Shown: positions 1 to 14,118, numbered from the stretch's first letter. The stretch: DNA of 64,000 nt from Negaprion brevirostris (GCA_030324005.1 JARDVH010000149.1:22080116-22144115); one strand, 5' to 3'. Program-made: numbers and translations. Notes: a model not told the origin generated them from the letters alone.

Positions 1-78
1 ATAGATGAAAAATGTTGTTGATTTTGTCTTTCACCTAAAGATGTATAATGTATTAAAATGCTTCAGAATTTTTTGCAG

Positions 79-171
79 GACCACTCTCAGCACCTTTGAA
101 GAGACCGTATGAAGATGGTATAGGAGATGACAAAGATCCAAACAAAAAGATGAAGAGGAACCTGAGAAAAA
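79..171 (+). CDS. STRBP: STRBP internal coding exon with bipartite NLS region ([31 protein letters not shown])
   Basis: ttttgcag| acceptor, |gtaagc donor, 93 nt, phase 1-1. Peptide matches recalled vertebrate STRBP '[25 protein letters not shown]'. Confidence 0.93.
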
Positions 172-1474
172 GTAAGCTAATGTCCACGTTTCCCACAACA
201 ATTTACCATTGAACAGTTAAATACTAAGAAATACATAACAATATGCTCCAGTTATCTAAGACTGTCATGCATCCAATTTGCAACTACTACTTCCATTCCA
301 TGTGCTTTCCGCTTATCCAAAAAATTTTTGTGACAGTAAAAATAAATATCTTCAACTCTGTTTCATGACATTTTGTTCAAATACTTTTTGTAAACAAAAA
401 TTATTGACATTTATTGGTCCTTCCATTGAAGATGGACTAAAGTGCATAAGAACATAAGAATATAATGTCTTACAATTCAGTACCTCATAATGTGAACGAT
501 ATTATTATAAGATTTTGTTCTTAATTTTAATATTGGTTATTCTGCTTTGGCTAGTTATAGGACATAAATTTTTTGACCATACAAAAGCCATTAGGCCCAG
601 AAAAAACAATTTTTTGATCAATATCAAAATTTTGTTCAATATCAGAATTCTGTTTTCTCGACAAAGTACTCGATACCTTATTCTCAGAAATACGTCCAAA
701 TACTTTTTGACTTAATTTGTTATTGACCTCAGCAGCCATACATACTTAATACCTGAGTCTATTGTTAATTGTTTTTAAAAATGATGTTGCCTTACTTTTT
801 GAACTTTAGTAAGTATTACCAATTTATTTGAATCAGTTTTATCAATCAGCTAATGATTTTGAAAATTCCTGTTGCGTTACTTCTAAATTTATTCTTTGAG
901 TGAGATCGAGCCAAATTTTATTGATCCTTCCTCACCGCTTAACTTCCTAAGGTGTGGTATTATCTTTCTTGCCTTCCTTTGCACCCTCTCAAGATTCTTA
1001 ATATCATGTTATAGAACCCAATATGCGTTATTCTGAATAGGTCCAGTTATCTTACATTTAAAATGCACTATAATGTTGACAAGCTTGATGTTTTTTAGAT
1101 ATGGATACTTTTTGTATAACAACAGATTACAGTGAAGTGTCATGGCAGGTGCATAAAAATTTTCATACTGTGTTTTTTGATGAACTTCACTGGCAACACA
1201 TTAGATTCTGACCTTCCAAATAATAGGAGTAAAATTAGTGAATACTTGGAAATGTGCAGGCTGATGGGGGCCCCACAGTGTGCATTTATGAACAGCTTCA
1301 CTATTGGAATGGAGTAATTGAAGACATTGCTGAACTTAGATTACAGTGGATGCAGCATATTCGTTTAGAAAATATTTGATGAAGTGCCGATTCTAAATTC
1401 CTTGTGGCAATGTAGATAGGAGATAGAGAGCAAAACAAAAGAAGAAATTAATATTTTCTTTGGATTTTCAGGAT

Positions 1475-2880
1475 GTAGCTCATGATATGCCCTACTAATC
1501 TATGTTGTGGCTTTGCTTGATTTCCACAAATATAAACAAGCATGGTATTACTGATGTTATTGTGGGCTGTTCCTCAATTCAAGGAAAAAGTCTATTCCGG
1601 GCCATGAGATTTTACCATGGGCCTCCATGTAACTTCACAGGCACATTCCTGACCCACAGATCTTTGGGCATATGGGCAGGATACCCCATGAGGTAGTGAG
1701 ATCCAGAATGTCACCGTCCTGCCTCATTATTAAGGTGTTTGATGTTAAACTATAATGCAGCTCAATGAACAAGTGATTGTCATTCAAAACAAGTGGTAAC
1801 AAACTCCTTCCGGTCATTGATGTCAGTGTCACTATGTGTCACAGGGAGTTTGAGTGTCTTTGAAGCATTTTCCTTACCCTCCCCCTGAAATGCTGGCCAT
1901 TTCAAAGTTGAGGAAACAGGACTGGTTGGAAAAAACCATTTTCAGCTATCCGGACTCAAGTGTCAAGTCTGTTGAAACTGATTTTGCAAGAGTTTTGCCA
2001 AAATGTTTGTGAAGTCCTTCCATTGAATTGAAAGCACACGGCAGAGGCATGGCTGAATTTTTTTAGTGCTTTTGTGTCACTGCTACCTAGTCCTGTTCTC
2101 ACTGCTGTAGAGGGATGTGGTGATGACATCCGCTCTGTACACTGACTTTTGTTGACTTGCACAAAACTTTGTTGTCTAATACTTACTATTGTAGTTTGTA
2201 GAAGGCTGAGCTGTTATTGCTCGTCCAGTGTTGGGTCTCCTTGTCAATGGTGCCTTTTGAGAGAGGGTGGCTGTTGAGGGATGGGAGCTGTCCAACATTA
2301 TGGTAGAATCTCTCCTGCAACACATGGGAAGTGGACTCTTTGGCTGACCAGATATGGTTTGATAAATTAGTTTTGTTTTGGCAACATTCAAGGACCAGTC
2401 AAATCTTTTGTGTACACAATTGAAGGCATTGAGATTGGCTTGCAAACCTGATGAAGAATGGGCAATGATACTGTAGTTACTCACAAACCGTAGATCATGT
2501 ATTTCTTTGGTCAGTTTAGTTTGGGTATGGAGGCAACTGAGGTTAAGGAATCTTTTATCTATGCCATATTTAATACTTATTCCAGAGGGCAGTTGTTCTT
2601 TGAAGTGAATAGCCACTGTCAGGTAGTTCTTAGATGGAAGCGGTGCTATCATATAGCCTTGCTTGGTCACAGTTTGGATTTTTAAGGAATCTGTTTCAGA
2701 ACACCCACTCAAGACCGTTGTAATCATATCTTCAGTAAACAATTGCAGGATTATGATTAAGTTTTTTTGGACATTCAGATCTTTGGAGCTCAAGCCTTTC
2801 AATTTATTGAGTCAAATGCTTTGGCCAAGTCAATCAATGCAAGGTTGAGGAATTTGCAGTGGTCAAGAGGGAATGTGGTT
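1475..2880 (-). mobile_element. Decayed RTE-clade LINE, 3' part (RT and C-terminus)
   Basis: Minus ORF 2176-2802 'GISIKYGIDKRFLNLSCLHTQTKL...DLRF....IIAHSSSGLQANLNAF...SLNVAKTKLIYQ' resembles the RTE RT region. Boundaries approximate. Confidence 0.75.
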
Positions 2881-2889
2881 TTGTAGAAT

Positions 2890-3600
2890 TCAGTGAGTTG
2901 CAGTTAGATGGTGATGGTGTTGGAGTGGGAGTTAATAAATTTTGACAAAGAGAATTGTAACTGAAGAATGGTGAAGACATGAAAAGTGCTTGAGCCTGGA
3001 ATGTCAAAAGCATGGCGCTGTTTGTAAGGCACAGAAGGACACAGAAGAAGACTTGCTGATGTTTGGGTATATAATTTGAAGTTCAACCCTAGGTTAATCA
3101 AGATTCCCATGTAAAGTAGCTTCTTAATGAGTGACAGGGTGGTGGACAAAATCTGGGTCAAGTTGCAAAGTTTGAGATAAGAATTAGTTGTTAATGTTTT
3201 TCTGATAGTGAACTTGTCAGATAGCTAAGTAATGGTCAAGTACTCAGGGTGGTGGTTGGCAGAAAAGTAAAGACAAAGGAAAGATGATGGATACAAACCA
3301 AATCAGAAAGTAGAAAAATTTGAGGGTGGGAGTTTCAATGACATGATGAAAGAGAAGGATTTTGAAACATTGGATAGTAGATAATGTTAGAGGCATCTAA
3401 AGAAACATTTCTAGGGAAAAAACTATAAATGGTAGAACAGAGTGAGAAACAATGAGGAATGAAGAGCACACTAGATTGTGTATGGCTGGCGTGAGGTTAT
3501 GGACAAAGTCAATTTAGTGGTGCATAAATTAATTGGATATTAGAACGAACAGGGTGATAGAAGTAGGTTGCTAATAACAATGGTGAGAATTTCCCTGTAT
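2890..3600 (-). mobile_element. Very old LINE remnant (L2-like)
   Basis: Purine-rich + strand typical of antisense L2 RT/3' fragments. No intact ORF. Confidence 0.35.
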
Positions 3601-3898
3601 AGACAATTGTATTTATGTCTCTGCTGTGCACTGTGGACAGATAAGACTTTTTCAATTCCCAGTAGTTTGCCAGCTAAGTGCTTCATTGAAGAAAATCTGG
3701 TGGATACACAGCAAAGAACTGTCAGATTACTGAGGACACATTGTAAGTCCTGTAAAGAAAAATGTGATTAAATAAAAACTGTTTTATACATCTTAATTCT
3801 GCCTCGTTAAAATTTTAGGTGGAAAAATTCCAATTTTTTTAACAAAAACAAAGAACTTTTAGCAGTCATAAGATTTTCTTTTTGCATTTTTTTTCTAG

Positions 3899-4107
3899 TA
3901 ATGGAAAGCAAGGCTATAGATGTTAACCAACCTATGAATGCTCTGATGAGACTGAATCAGATTAAGCCTGGCCTGCAGTACAAGCTTCTTTCACAGTCTG
4001 GTCCTGTGCATGCACCTGTCTTCACAATGTCTGTGGATGTTGATGGGAAAACCTATGAAGCCTCAGGACCATCTAAAAAAACCGCCAAACTTAATGTAGC
4101 AGTTAAG
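3899..4107 (+). CDS. STRBP: STRBP exon encoding most of dsRBM1 ([70 protein letters not shown])
   Basis: Long pyrimidine tract + ctag| acceptor, AAG|gtaaga donor, 209 nt, phase 1-0. Classic STRBP/ILF3 dsRBM1 sequence with the KKxAK motif. Confidence 0.97.
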
Positions 4108-5414
4108 GTAAGATGTAGTAACTTACAGTAATGTGATATTTTTTGCTGGTTGGAGTAAATTTTGATAGGGTTAATTTGGGAAAAATACTCATGGAATACA
4201 CAACCACGCCATGGATAGGAAATATCCAGTGAAAGAACAATAACATTTACTTGGCATCATGCCCAGTACAGGCACGACAATGTTACACATTTTAAACCTA
4301 TATTTTAAAAAGTGAACACCAGTGGCTGCAACATATCATGAGTTTTGGCATTTGAACTGTAGACATTGGACTTTGTGACCAGTACCTAATTAAATATGTA
4401 CCTGAGTGAAGGGACTACACGGCCACTTGTGAAGTTCATAATCTAAGTTTAAGGATGGACCAAAACCTATAGGCAATGGGGTTTGCAGAAAATTCATCTC
4501 CATGTTTCACCAGGGACATTGCAACTCAATGAGTGTTAGACAAATGTGAAATAGATCCCATCGACCTTTCATTGTATTGTGATGGCCCTCATCCAAATAC
4601 AAAGACTGTGGCTGTAGCAGTCTATCATTGTATGAAAAGCCACAACACAGCCAGTGTAACACATCAAAAGTCACACTGGTCAGACAGCCATGTTTGTTAC
4701 CTGCTCTTAAAACAGCAGAAATCAATTCTGCAGAGTCAGAGGCCAGCAGAAAGTCATCAAACCAGCTGTAGTCAAGTAAGCATTCAAAGTAATTAATAGT
4801 CATACCTTAAAAGTGATAGAAGGACTCACTCTAATCTGTTTCAATTTCAAGTTCACTTAAGAGCCAACCTCCCTAAAATTCAATTACAAGAAGGCTCATA
4901 GCTTATTGAGAATCCTCTGCTTACACAACCTTTACTCAAAGCATCAATTCATCTAAGAACCAACACGTTTGCCACAAAAAAGAGAGACTGAAACAATTAT
5001 ACCTTTTAGTTTTTTTTCTCTCTGTGTCAGATCTTTGTGTGTGAGATGCATTGTGTTTTTGTACCTCCAGGGCAAATGTGGGATATTAAATAACCATCTT
5101 TATTTTAAAAAATCACAGAAAAGCCCAATAGTGGGATTATTTAAATTAGAACAACCACTCTGAGGGTAGAAACACACACACCTCAAATACAAAACACCTC
5201 AATCACAAACAGTAAGAAAGCATAATAGCTATCCATGACATCAGATTTATTTTTTGAGCAATCAATTATTAGTGAAGAAATATTATTTAGCATCTCTGCT
5301 TACAAACCTGCACCTAAAATGAAGGTTATTGTATACCCCCTAATTAGTTCATTTCAGTCCATCTTCTCTTGTAATCTATGTTTCTATTTATTGTATAACT
5401 ATCAAATGAGACAG

Positions 5415-5541
5415 TCCCTCCTTGAGAGGGAAACCGAGTTAATGTTTCAAGACCTTTCATCAAAAATGTTATCTCTGTTTCACTCTCCACAGATACTGCC
5501 TGACCTGCTGAGTTTCCAGCATCTATAGTATTCTGCTTTTC
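5415..5541 (+). mobile_element. Short Penelope pLTR-like shark repeat fragment
   Basis: 'ctctgtttcactctccacagatactgcctgacctgctgagtttccagca'. Related copies at ~15515-15612 (+) and ~52890-53010 (-). Confidence 0.55.
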
Positions 5542-6369
5542 AATTAATCTTGCTTCAACCATCTGAAATGCCAGTTTCTAGTTTTTCCAGCATACTTCAC
5601 TTGCTATAGACCTCTCACTTATTGGTTATGTTACTTTTGAGATATGATTCCTCTCCCAATCTAAGAGCAAGGATTTGACAACAAAATTAATTCACCGGAG
5701 AGGGATTCTGGATTACAATAATATCACAACTTGAACCTTTACACCAATATATCAAAACAGTTGACAAAAGAAGTTTGCTGTAAATCATAAGTCAGAGAAT
5801 TGAGCCTAAGGAAATATTCAAAAAAATAAATAGATGTAGGGAGATCATTCTGGACTCTCACCTGGCAATAAAAATGGTTTCACACAAGTAAGCTGGTTGA
5901 GATATGTTCCACGTTGTTTGGTGAATCGATGGGCTCCAGTAAGATTGGGTTACTTTCAACAAAACTGTGACACTACTACATTTATCAGCAACCTCACAGT
6001 TCCTCCATCAAGTAGATTTGTATGTCATCCTATATTTTAAACAGAATTAAATACCATTTTTTAATCAATTACATCAGCTTGCTTTCTTGTATAGTGAGCA
6101 GCTGTTACACCCAAATATTTAGGGGTTCACCCAAGATTGCATGTGAGGCAAGCAAGAGTTGTTATGCATGGTTTTACTGAACTTCAATATTTGACTTGAC
6201 AGCTTAGGAATTTTTTGCTGCAATTTGCTGTGGAAATGCAGTCACAGTTGAGATTTCCACAGTCAATTTCTGTTCTACTTTGGAATGTTCCTATTCCATA
6301 TGACAATTGTAAAGTGCCTCATTTTGTTTTAGTTAAAAACCTATCTACCTATTATCTTTCTCAAACTAT

Positions 6370-6950
6370 GGGCTGAATTTTCAATTATAGCATTTGGGAA
6401 ATGGGAGCCACAACTGCTTCCATCTCTGAAATTCACCCTCAGGACTAAACAGCCATGTTGGAGTTTTGGTTGGAGCTCTCCCTGAAATGGCATGGATACA
6501 GGTTTTCTGTCCTATCAACAGAGGCAGGCAGGCTTTCAGAGTCGGAATGTCAGTCAAAGGTCTTCTTGCTTCAGAGGAACAGATGGCTACAGTAAAGGAT
6601 AAGTAACTGAGAAAGCACTTCAACATAATGATGCCTTCTCACCAACATTAAAAAAAATTTAGAAAATAGAAAAAGCAAGTAGGCTACCACTGTGAGGTTG
6701 GAGGGGAGAATCCCACAAAGTCCGGCTTTTGGTTACATACATACCCAGTTAATGCAAAGGGGCTGTTGAGTCAGGGAAATTGAGAGCTGTCTGAAAAATC
6801 TTAATTGGCCTCCTTAACCCATGAGCCAATTGTCAGCCTCCCCCAAAATGGCCAGTATCAGGACCGAGGTTGCGAAATAAGCAGTCTAGTTGGCACTAGT
6901 AATTTTGAGTTCTGCCAACTTCCTGATCTTGGCAGGGCCTGAAAATTTTC
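6370..6950. mobile_element. Possible old non-autonomous DNA-transposon-like element
   Basis: Begins 'gggctgaattttc' and ends near 'gaaaattttc' (weak inverted termini); interior is locally GC-richer. Confidence 0.3.
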
Positions 6951-8907
6951 TTGTGCCAAGCTCCATCCTAGAATACCTGTTGTTTATGTTTCTACTTCTC
7001 GTGTCTTGGATTTATACTACTGTTTATTGTTTTATTTGAACAATTTGTGCTGTTCAGTGTGGCCACAATGCTGCCTTTTTTAGGCAATGAGCTGAGAACT
7101 CATTATATATTTATATTTGCAATTGGTCCAGTCTTCCTTTTGCTTGCAACCACTTGATATACTAATACTTGATATAAATGAGAAGTAGGGTGCAAATTCC
7201 TTAAAAGCTTAGTGTCTCCAGGTAGTTTGTAAAGAATGATGACATCTGTACATCAGATAATGTTGTAATATGGCAGAATAATTTATTGATAAATCTCACT
7301 CAGTTTCAGATTTGTAAGTCATGGGTTCCCACAGTTTCCCTACATTGGAAGCTCTCCTTTTGAATCTGAGGAATTTTCCCAGAGAGCACGGAAGTCTTAT
7401 TATGCCATCTCCTTTTGACCAGTTGGTGATATTAACAGAAGAACAAGTAGTTGGGAGCTTTCATCTTAATAATGGTCACGGACAAAGGAATGGAGGACTG
7501 GACAATTGTAAAACAGGAAATCTATCACAATAAACAACAGTAGATGGAATATTCGTGTGTGAAGGCTGAATGTTTATACATTATATTTTTGATTTGGATG
7601 ATTGAGAGCCAAAATCTTCAGTTCTCAGCGTTAGTTGTGAACCAGTTTTGTTCTAGATTAGGGCTATTTTTGCAATGGTTTGCATCTACTTAATATAGAA
7701 GTTTGCCTGCTGTTCCTGTTTGTTAGGATCTGGCACAATCCTTGGTTGAAATGACAGCTTCAATAATATTTGCATTTGAAAGGAAATAATGCGATAAAAT
7801 CTTGCTTGTAGAGTGCACTATGTTTGTTCTAACAGGATAAAAAGGATTTGTGGTACTGTCAAATCTTTTTCAGTTCAAAGCAACCAGTATGAGTGATATT
7901 ATTTCCAGCTGGTTAAAAATGCATTGAAATTGTTTTTTGAGCGCCTTGGTCTCGGAGCTTTATTTATAGTCAAGGAGCACCACATGACCGCTTGAAACCG
8001 GTGTAACTGGGCTACTGCATAACTTTTAATCTTTCCATTGTTTTTGGAACAGTGCTTGACTTCTGCTAAGGTCCCTATGGTGGCTTAGCTGATACCAAGA
8101 ACTTTATGCGGGGACTTTAAATTACAAATCCACATTCCACCATATTGATTTGGTATTCCAAATGCCTTTTTAAGACTAACAAATAGTTAAAACTAAATAC
8201 TAAATAGCTGTTAAGTTCCTGTGAGCAACTGCTGAAGAAATTTACAAAGGAACATTTATGATTTTGAATGCTAGCTTTTAACAATTTCAAGATTCCTCAG
8301 TTTTGAGATAAATGTAGGTTTCCGTCAAATACAAGCAGGCTATATATTTCCCTGAAATGCTGTCTCACATAAATTAAGAAGGCAAATATACAACCTGTTC
8401 CAAAGTCTTTAATATTTCACCAGTGAATCCATGAAGATGTGTGAACTATAAAGGCAGATAATCTGTGGCAATGTGTCAGCAGAAGAAATGAATTTCAGCC
8501 AGTAGTTTGGTTGAAAGACTTACTTGGTTAACCAGCTTAAAACATTCTAATATATGAAGCTGTTTTATGCTCATTCATACACAAATATTGCTCCAGTCAA
8601 AAGAATTACCCAATTATCAGTTTTATTAATTTTTATCACATTGCCCAATTGTAGCAGGAAGTGCAGATTTACAGTGGTGTAATTCTTTGGTACTGATTGA
8701 TGTAATGTTTTGAAAAATTAAATAAATTGAATTGCATTGCAGCATGTGTAATTATTATAAATATTCTTTAATTGGACACCCTATAGTGGATTGTGATAAT
8801 TCTGATTTCAAGTGCAATGTTTTATAATGAGTTACTTTGGGTCTATAGGTTCCTGTTGTGTTAATGTGGTCTACATTTCATCAGATTATCTCTATGAATA
8901 ATGTATT

Positions 8908-9300
8908 TTTAATTTATTCTTTCATGGGATGTAGGCATCATTTAGCAAGGCCAGCATTTGTTGCCCAGAAATTGCCCTTGAACTGAGTAGCTGATTGGGC
9001 CATTTCTGAGGGCGGTTAAAAGTCAGCCACATTGTATGGGATTGGAATCGCATGTAGGCCGACTGGGTAAGGATTTCAGATTTCTTTCCTAAAAGGACAT
9101 TATTCAATCAGATGGGTTTTTACAATAATCAACAATAGTTTCATGATCACTGTTACAGAAACAATTTTTCAATTTCAGATTTTTTTTTAGTCAAATTTAA
9201 ATTCCATCAGCTGTCCTGGTGGGATTTGAACCCATAATCATTTGCCCCGACCTCCAAGTTATGAACCAATGAAATTACTGTCTTGTCACTATTTCCCCCT
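8908..9300 (-). mobile_element. Shark tRNA-derived SINE (family B)
   Basis: Reverse complement of the ...aagggcaatt...aaatgctggcc...cccatgaaagaat tail and gggttcaaatcccacc head also seen at 34865, 48520, 53118 and 60537. Confidence 0.8.
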
Positions 9301-9743
9301 TTAACACTACTTTTACTGTACAATAGCCTAATTATTACAATACTAGTAATGGGCTAGTAATTGAGGAATCATGACAAATTGCAAAATTGAATGCAAAATA
9401 TCTTAATTTTCTTTGGTTAGCAACAGAAAAAACTGGCCAAGAAAACTGCTGAATTGTTGTAAAACCCAACACATTCACTTGTCTTTTTGAAGCATGGGGC
9501 CTTCAATACCCAGCTTAACTCACCAACATGTGATTCCAGTTCAAGTAAGTAGACAACTAGGAGTTATGTGTTTTGTCAGTTTCTGCCAAATCCATGAATA
9601 AACAAATAATAGTAATATTGAATTTAGACACAATGGATTGAGTGCCCTGATAACTTAATGGAATAACTTGTAGTTTTTGCAACAGCCTAAAGAAACACTT
9701 GAATATTCTAGAATGACTTTTTTTTTAATTGCTGTTATTCCAG

Positions 9744-9911
9744 GTACTTCAGGCAATGGGCTGCCCAACTGGTATGGATTTGAAGATGGGCTTTGAATCT
9801 CAGGAAATGGAAGAAAAGTCCTCAGGCGATGATAAAAATGAAACTGTCTCTACAAACTCTAGCAATGACACAGTTGGCTGTGCTACAACCGCAAGCACCA
9901 ATACTCTAGAG
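9744..9911 (+). CDS. STRBP: STRBP exon: end of dsRBM1 plus acidic/Ser-Thr linker (VLQAMGCPTG...KNETVSTNSSNDT...NTLE)
   Basis: ttattccag| acceptor, GAG|gtacta donor, 168 nt, phase 0-0. 'VLQAMG.PTG' and 'KNETVS.NSS' are STRBP-type rather than ILF3-type. Confidence 0.95.
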
Positions 9912-11779
9912 GTACTAGATTTTGAATACCTAATAATAAATAGGGTAGAAAGAATCAGTTAATTATTTCACTATTGTAATTCACAGCCTTTATAATTTTG
10001 ACTTCTTTAGTTTCAAAGTAAGTATTCACTATCTATATTATCAAATTTTAACTAAGTAGTTACTTTCCTTTTATTAACACTTGGAGTTCTTTTGAAAGTA
10101 ATCATATTGGGCATAGTGAGTTTCTTGCACTTGCAGGATTATGCAGTTAGATGATCAAGTGGAACGGAGGCACTTGAAGTGTATGTGCTTTAAAAGTGCA
10201 GTTATAACTATTTTTCTAAAACTTGTGCAGCAAGGCAAATTAATTACCTTTGGGATTGATGAACTTTCAGGTTCCATGAAATTGGAGTGTTGAGAGAGAA
10301 AAATATGGCTAAAATTAGTAGTTGTGTGCACCATTTAAAAATGCTTATTGACATAGTTTATTTCTCTTACAGTTGAGTGGTCAAGTTGCTGGAGTGTTTT
10401 CAATTGAGCTCCAAAAGTGGCAAAGTATGATTACTACTTGATGCATTAAATTCTGGCTCAGCAAAAACATTCAGGAGCAAATGGATCAATTTCTGTTTCA
10501 GTGGCTAGTGATAAATAGATTGTGAAATAGATTCAAAATTGTTTAATCAGATCATGAATAATGGAGCGAGCAAGTTGGGCAAAAATACCTTTCCTCCTTG
10601 TGTAACTATAAATTGGGGTTGTTTCTAGCGACTTTAGGATGAGAAAGAAAATGCCTGCGTATTGTGAATTTAGGTCTCAACACAAGTATCCTCCCTATCA
10701 TGCATGCAGATCTTTAATTTGATCAAATTAGCATGAATTTTCATGCTTCAGTTGATGAGCAAGTTAATGCTGCTTTTGCACAATCCCAGACATTTGCCTT
10801 CACCTGATTTGGGACACCATTAAACTGTGAAATTGCAACTCCGACCAACTTTATGACCAGTCGAGAAATTTTATTTGATGGACCACACCAATAGAATTAG
10901 ATTAGTTTTACCCAAATGTGTTCGGTATTGGGTTATTTTAGTTGGCAGCCACATGTGAATATGAATTACTAAACCTGGACTCGGTCCCAGATCTTTATGA
11001 CCATTTATCATTGTGCACTTAATACAAAACAAATTTGGATAAATCTAATCTAATTCTACTGGGTGTGATCCTGTTTAAAATGGATAATGATTGTGGGAAA
11101 TGAAAAACTAAAATGTCACAGTGGAGTGAAGTAGGAGTTGTTGCTCGTGACTCTGAAGTTTAGGCAGATTGTCAGTATAATGTGTGGGAAGGTCTGTATC
11201 TTATTGCATCTGGCCTGTGATGTGTCTTATCTTAGGAGTGCTTGATGTCGCTTTTGATGCAAAGTGAAAAATAATTCCTGCCAAATATCAGCTGGGGAGA
11301 ATAAATTCAGTTCATAAGAAAATACTGACCGTGGCTTATTTTAAAATGTTTAGATAATGTGCAGTGCTAGGTTTCAGACTTTATTCATGAATTGTTAATT
11401 TGCATAAATAGCAGCCTACTTGTCTCCTAGTCACTACTTGAATTAGCTGGCTACTCTAGTATCACCTGCCTACTTCAGTTTGAATATTGGAAGCATTATG
11501 CTTTTGAAATGTATGTTTGCAGTATTGCTCCAAATAAAATTCAACAATAGAATCACAGATAACAGCCATTCGGACCCCCTAAATTTAGACACATTGCATT
11601 GCGATATATCCCAAAGTAAGAAAATAAGTTTAAGGCTTTACTCCTGCAAGCCCCCAAGTGGTTGAGCAGATTTCTGCTGGTTCACAGCAAGTGTGGATGA
11701 GGGCCATCATTCATGGTAGCGTACTTGTCATTCTGCCCTGTTCAATATTCAGTTTCATTGAAGTCTGTAAAACGGAATA

Positions 11780-12154
11780 TTTGATTTGATTTATTATTGT
11801 CAAAAGTTATTTCTTGCGCGCTATACAAAGCATACCATTCATAGACAAGGAAACTAGCGCCTGCAGAATGTAGTGTTACAGTCACAGTTAGGGTGTAGAG
11901 AAAGATCAACTTAATGCGAGGTAAGTCCATTCAAAAGTCCAACAGCAGCAGGGAAAAAGTTGTTCTTGAGTCGCTTGGTACGTGATCTCAGACTTCTGTA
12001 TCTTTTTCCTGACGGAAGAACGTGGAACAGTGGGGTGCGTGGGATCCTTAATTATGCTGGCCGCTTTGCCAAGGCAAAGGGAAGTGTAGACAGAGTCAAT
12101 GGATGGGAGGCTGGTTTGCGTGATGGATTGGGCTACATTCACGACCTTTTGTAG
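11780..12154 (-). mobile_element. Rex1/Babar-like LINE 3' end, copy 1 (runs into N gap)
   Basis: Minus ORF 'QSITQTSLPSIDSVYTS..LGKAASIIKDPTHP' and (TCAAA)n tail. Near-identical to copy 2. Confidence 0.8.
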
Positions 12155-12784
12155 NNNNNNNNNNNNNNNNNNNNNNNNNNNNNNNNNNNNNNNNNNNNNN
12201 NNNNNNNNNNNNNNNNNNNNNNNNNNNNNNNNNNNNNNNNNNNNNNNNNNNNNNCCTAGTCCAACCTATGCTTCCCAATTCTCTCCTAATGGCCTCATAA
12301 TTACCCTTCCCCCAGCTGAAACTACTGACCCGAGGTTCATGCCTAATGATGACTTGTTTAACCTGGAGCTCTGTTCCCTACCACCCAGGCGTACAAATCG
12401 AGAGGACTGCGCCCCTACTCACCAGCTACCAGGACATCAGTGGCCGTCTCACTCCCACCTATGTCTATCACATGCTGCCCAGGAGATATTTTGTCAACCC
12501 CCCACAGCCCAGGGATTCCATGGTGAGTGTGGTCTTTCCTGGAAGTGGGGACGCTGGGATGTGGGCTGATGCGGACTGATCGACCCTCTCTCAGCTCAGA
12601 AGGGGCCGTGTCGGAGATTCCTCAGTGACATGAGATTCCGGTGCTCCAGTCAGCTTCCGATTGTTAGTTTGGAATTGTTCATGGTGACTATCTGCAGGCT
12701 TTGGACTTGGAGGGGAGGGTGGGTCGGGTGTAGTTGGCGGTTGGGGGGGTAATTGGCGGTTGGGTGGGGTGGGGGCGTGGAAAG

Positions 12785-12978
12785 TAGAATCATAGAAGAC
12801 AGGAGCAGGATGAGGCTATTCGGCCCTTCGAGCCTGTTCCGTCATTCATTACGATCATGGCTGATTGTCCAACTCAATAGCCTAATCCTGCTTTCTCCCC
12901 ATAACCTTGGATCCCATTCACCCCAAGTGCGATATCCAATCACCTCTTCAATACATCCAATGTTTTGGCATCAACTAC
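12785..12978 (-). mobile_element. CR1-type LINE 3' tail fragment
   Basis: 'catagaagacaggagcagga..ggctattcggcccttcgagcctgttcc..gatcatggctga' is the typical antisense CR1 3' UTR. Truncated where the Rex1 copy begins. Confidence 0.7.
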
Positions 12979-13520
12979 TTTGATTTGATTTATTATTGTC
13001 ACGTGTATTAACATACAGTGAAAAAATATTGATTCTTGAGCGCTGTGCAAAGCATACCGTTCATAGAGGAGGAAAGGAGAGGGTGCAGAATGTAGTGTTA
13101 CAGTCACAGCGAGGGTGTAGAGAAAGATCAGCTCAATGCGAGGTAGGTCCATTCAAAAGTCTGACAGCAGCAGGGAAGAAGCTGTTCTTGAGTCGGTCGG
13201 TACGGGACCTCAGACTTTTGTATCTTTTTCCCGATGGAAGAAGGTGGAAGAGAGAATGTCCGGGGTGTGTGGGGTCCTTAATTATGCTGGCTGCTTTGCC
13301 GAGGCAGCGGGAAGTGTAGACAGAGTCAATGGATGGGAGGCTGGTTTGCGTGATGGATTGGGCTACATTCACGACCTTTTGTAGTTCCTTGTGGTCCTGG
13401 ACAGAGAGGAGCCATACCAAACTGTGATAAAATGGTGTAGCTATAAAAATTGGTGGGAGTCATTGCTAACATGCCAAATTTCCTTAGTCTTCTGAGAAAG
13501 TAGAGGCGTTGGTTGGCTAT
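12979..13520 (-). mobile_element. Rex1/Babar-like LINE 3' end, copy 2
   Basis: 'QRLYFLRRLRKFGM' and 'IIKDPTHPGHSLFHLLPSGKRYKSLRSRTDRLKNSFFPAAVRLLN' are Rex1-type C-terminal motifs; (TCAAA)n tail. Confidence 0.85.
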
Positions 13521-13807
13521 AGAGTGGGGCCTATAACAGGTGGCCAACGTGACACCACCCACTTTCCATGACAAATGATTACACTTGCATGTCCAAATCC
13601 AGAGATTGCTGCAGTGAGGAAAGGCAGCCAGATAAGCAAACTATGCCAATGTGGAGAATTTTCTCTTGTTTTTAATCTTCCTTATTTGATCTATATTAAT
13701 TGCTCAAAAGATCTGGCAGTGCACACATTGATTAGTTCTATATCTTCAACTGTTGAAGCCTTCCAATGTTTTCAGTTGTTGAGGTGCTTCATAGGTCTGT
13801 GCTAACT

Positions 13808-14118
13808 TAGAATCCCCGCAGTGCTGAAGGAGGCCATTCAGCCCATTGAGTCTGCACAGACAACAATCCCACCCGTGCTCTATCCCCATAATACCACACA
13901 TTCATCCTGCGAATCTCCCTATCACAAAGGAGCAACTCAGCATGACCAATCCATCTAACCCGCACATCTTCGGACTGTGGGAGGAAACCGGAGCATCCAG
14001 AGAAAGCCCATGCAGATACGGGGTGAATGTGCAAACTCCACACAGACAGTGGCCTGAGGCTGGAATTGAACTCGGGTCTCTGGCGCTGAGAGGAGCAGTG
14101 CTAACCACTGTGCTGCCC
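13808..14118 (-). mobile_element. HE1-like V-SINE (tRNA head, V-domain, CR1-like tail)
   Basis: Reverse complement of 'gggcagcacagtggttagcactgct...gtgtggagtttgcac...tccggtttcctcccacagtcc'. Confidence 0.85.

Noticed and set aside
12710-12780. G-rich potential G-quadruplex tract (also 38010-38330)
   Set aside because: Lies in repeat-derived, low-complexity blocks near gaps; nothing ties it to gene regulation.
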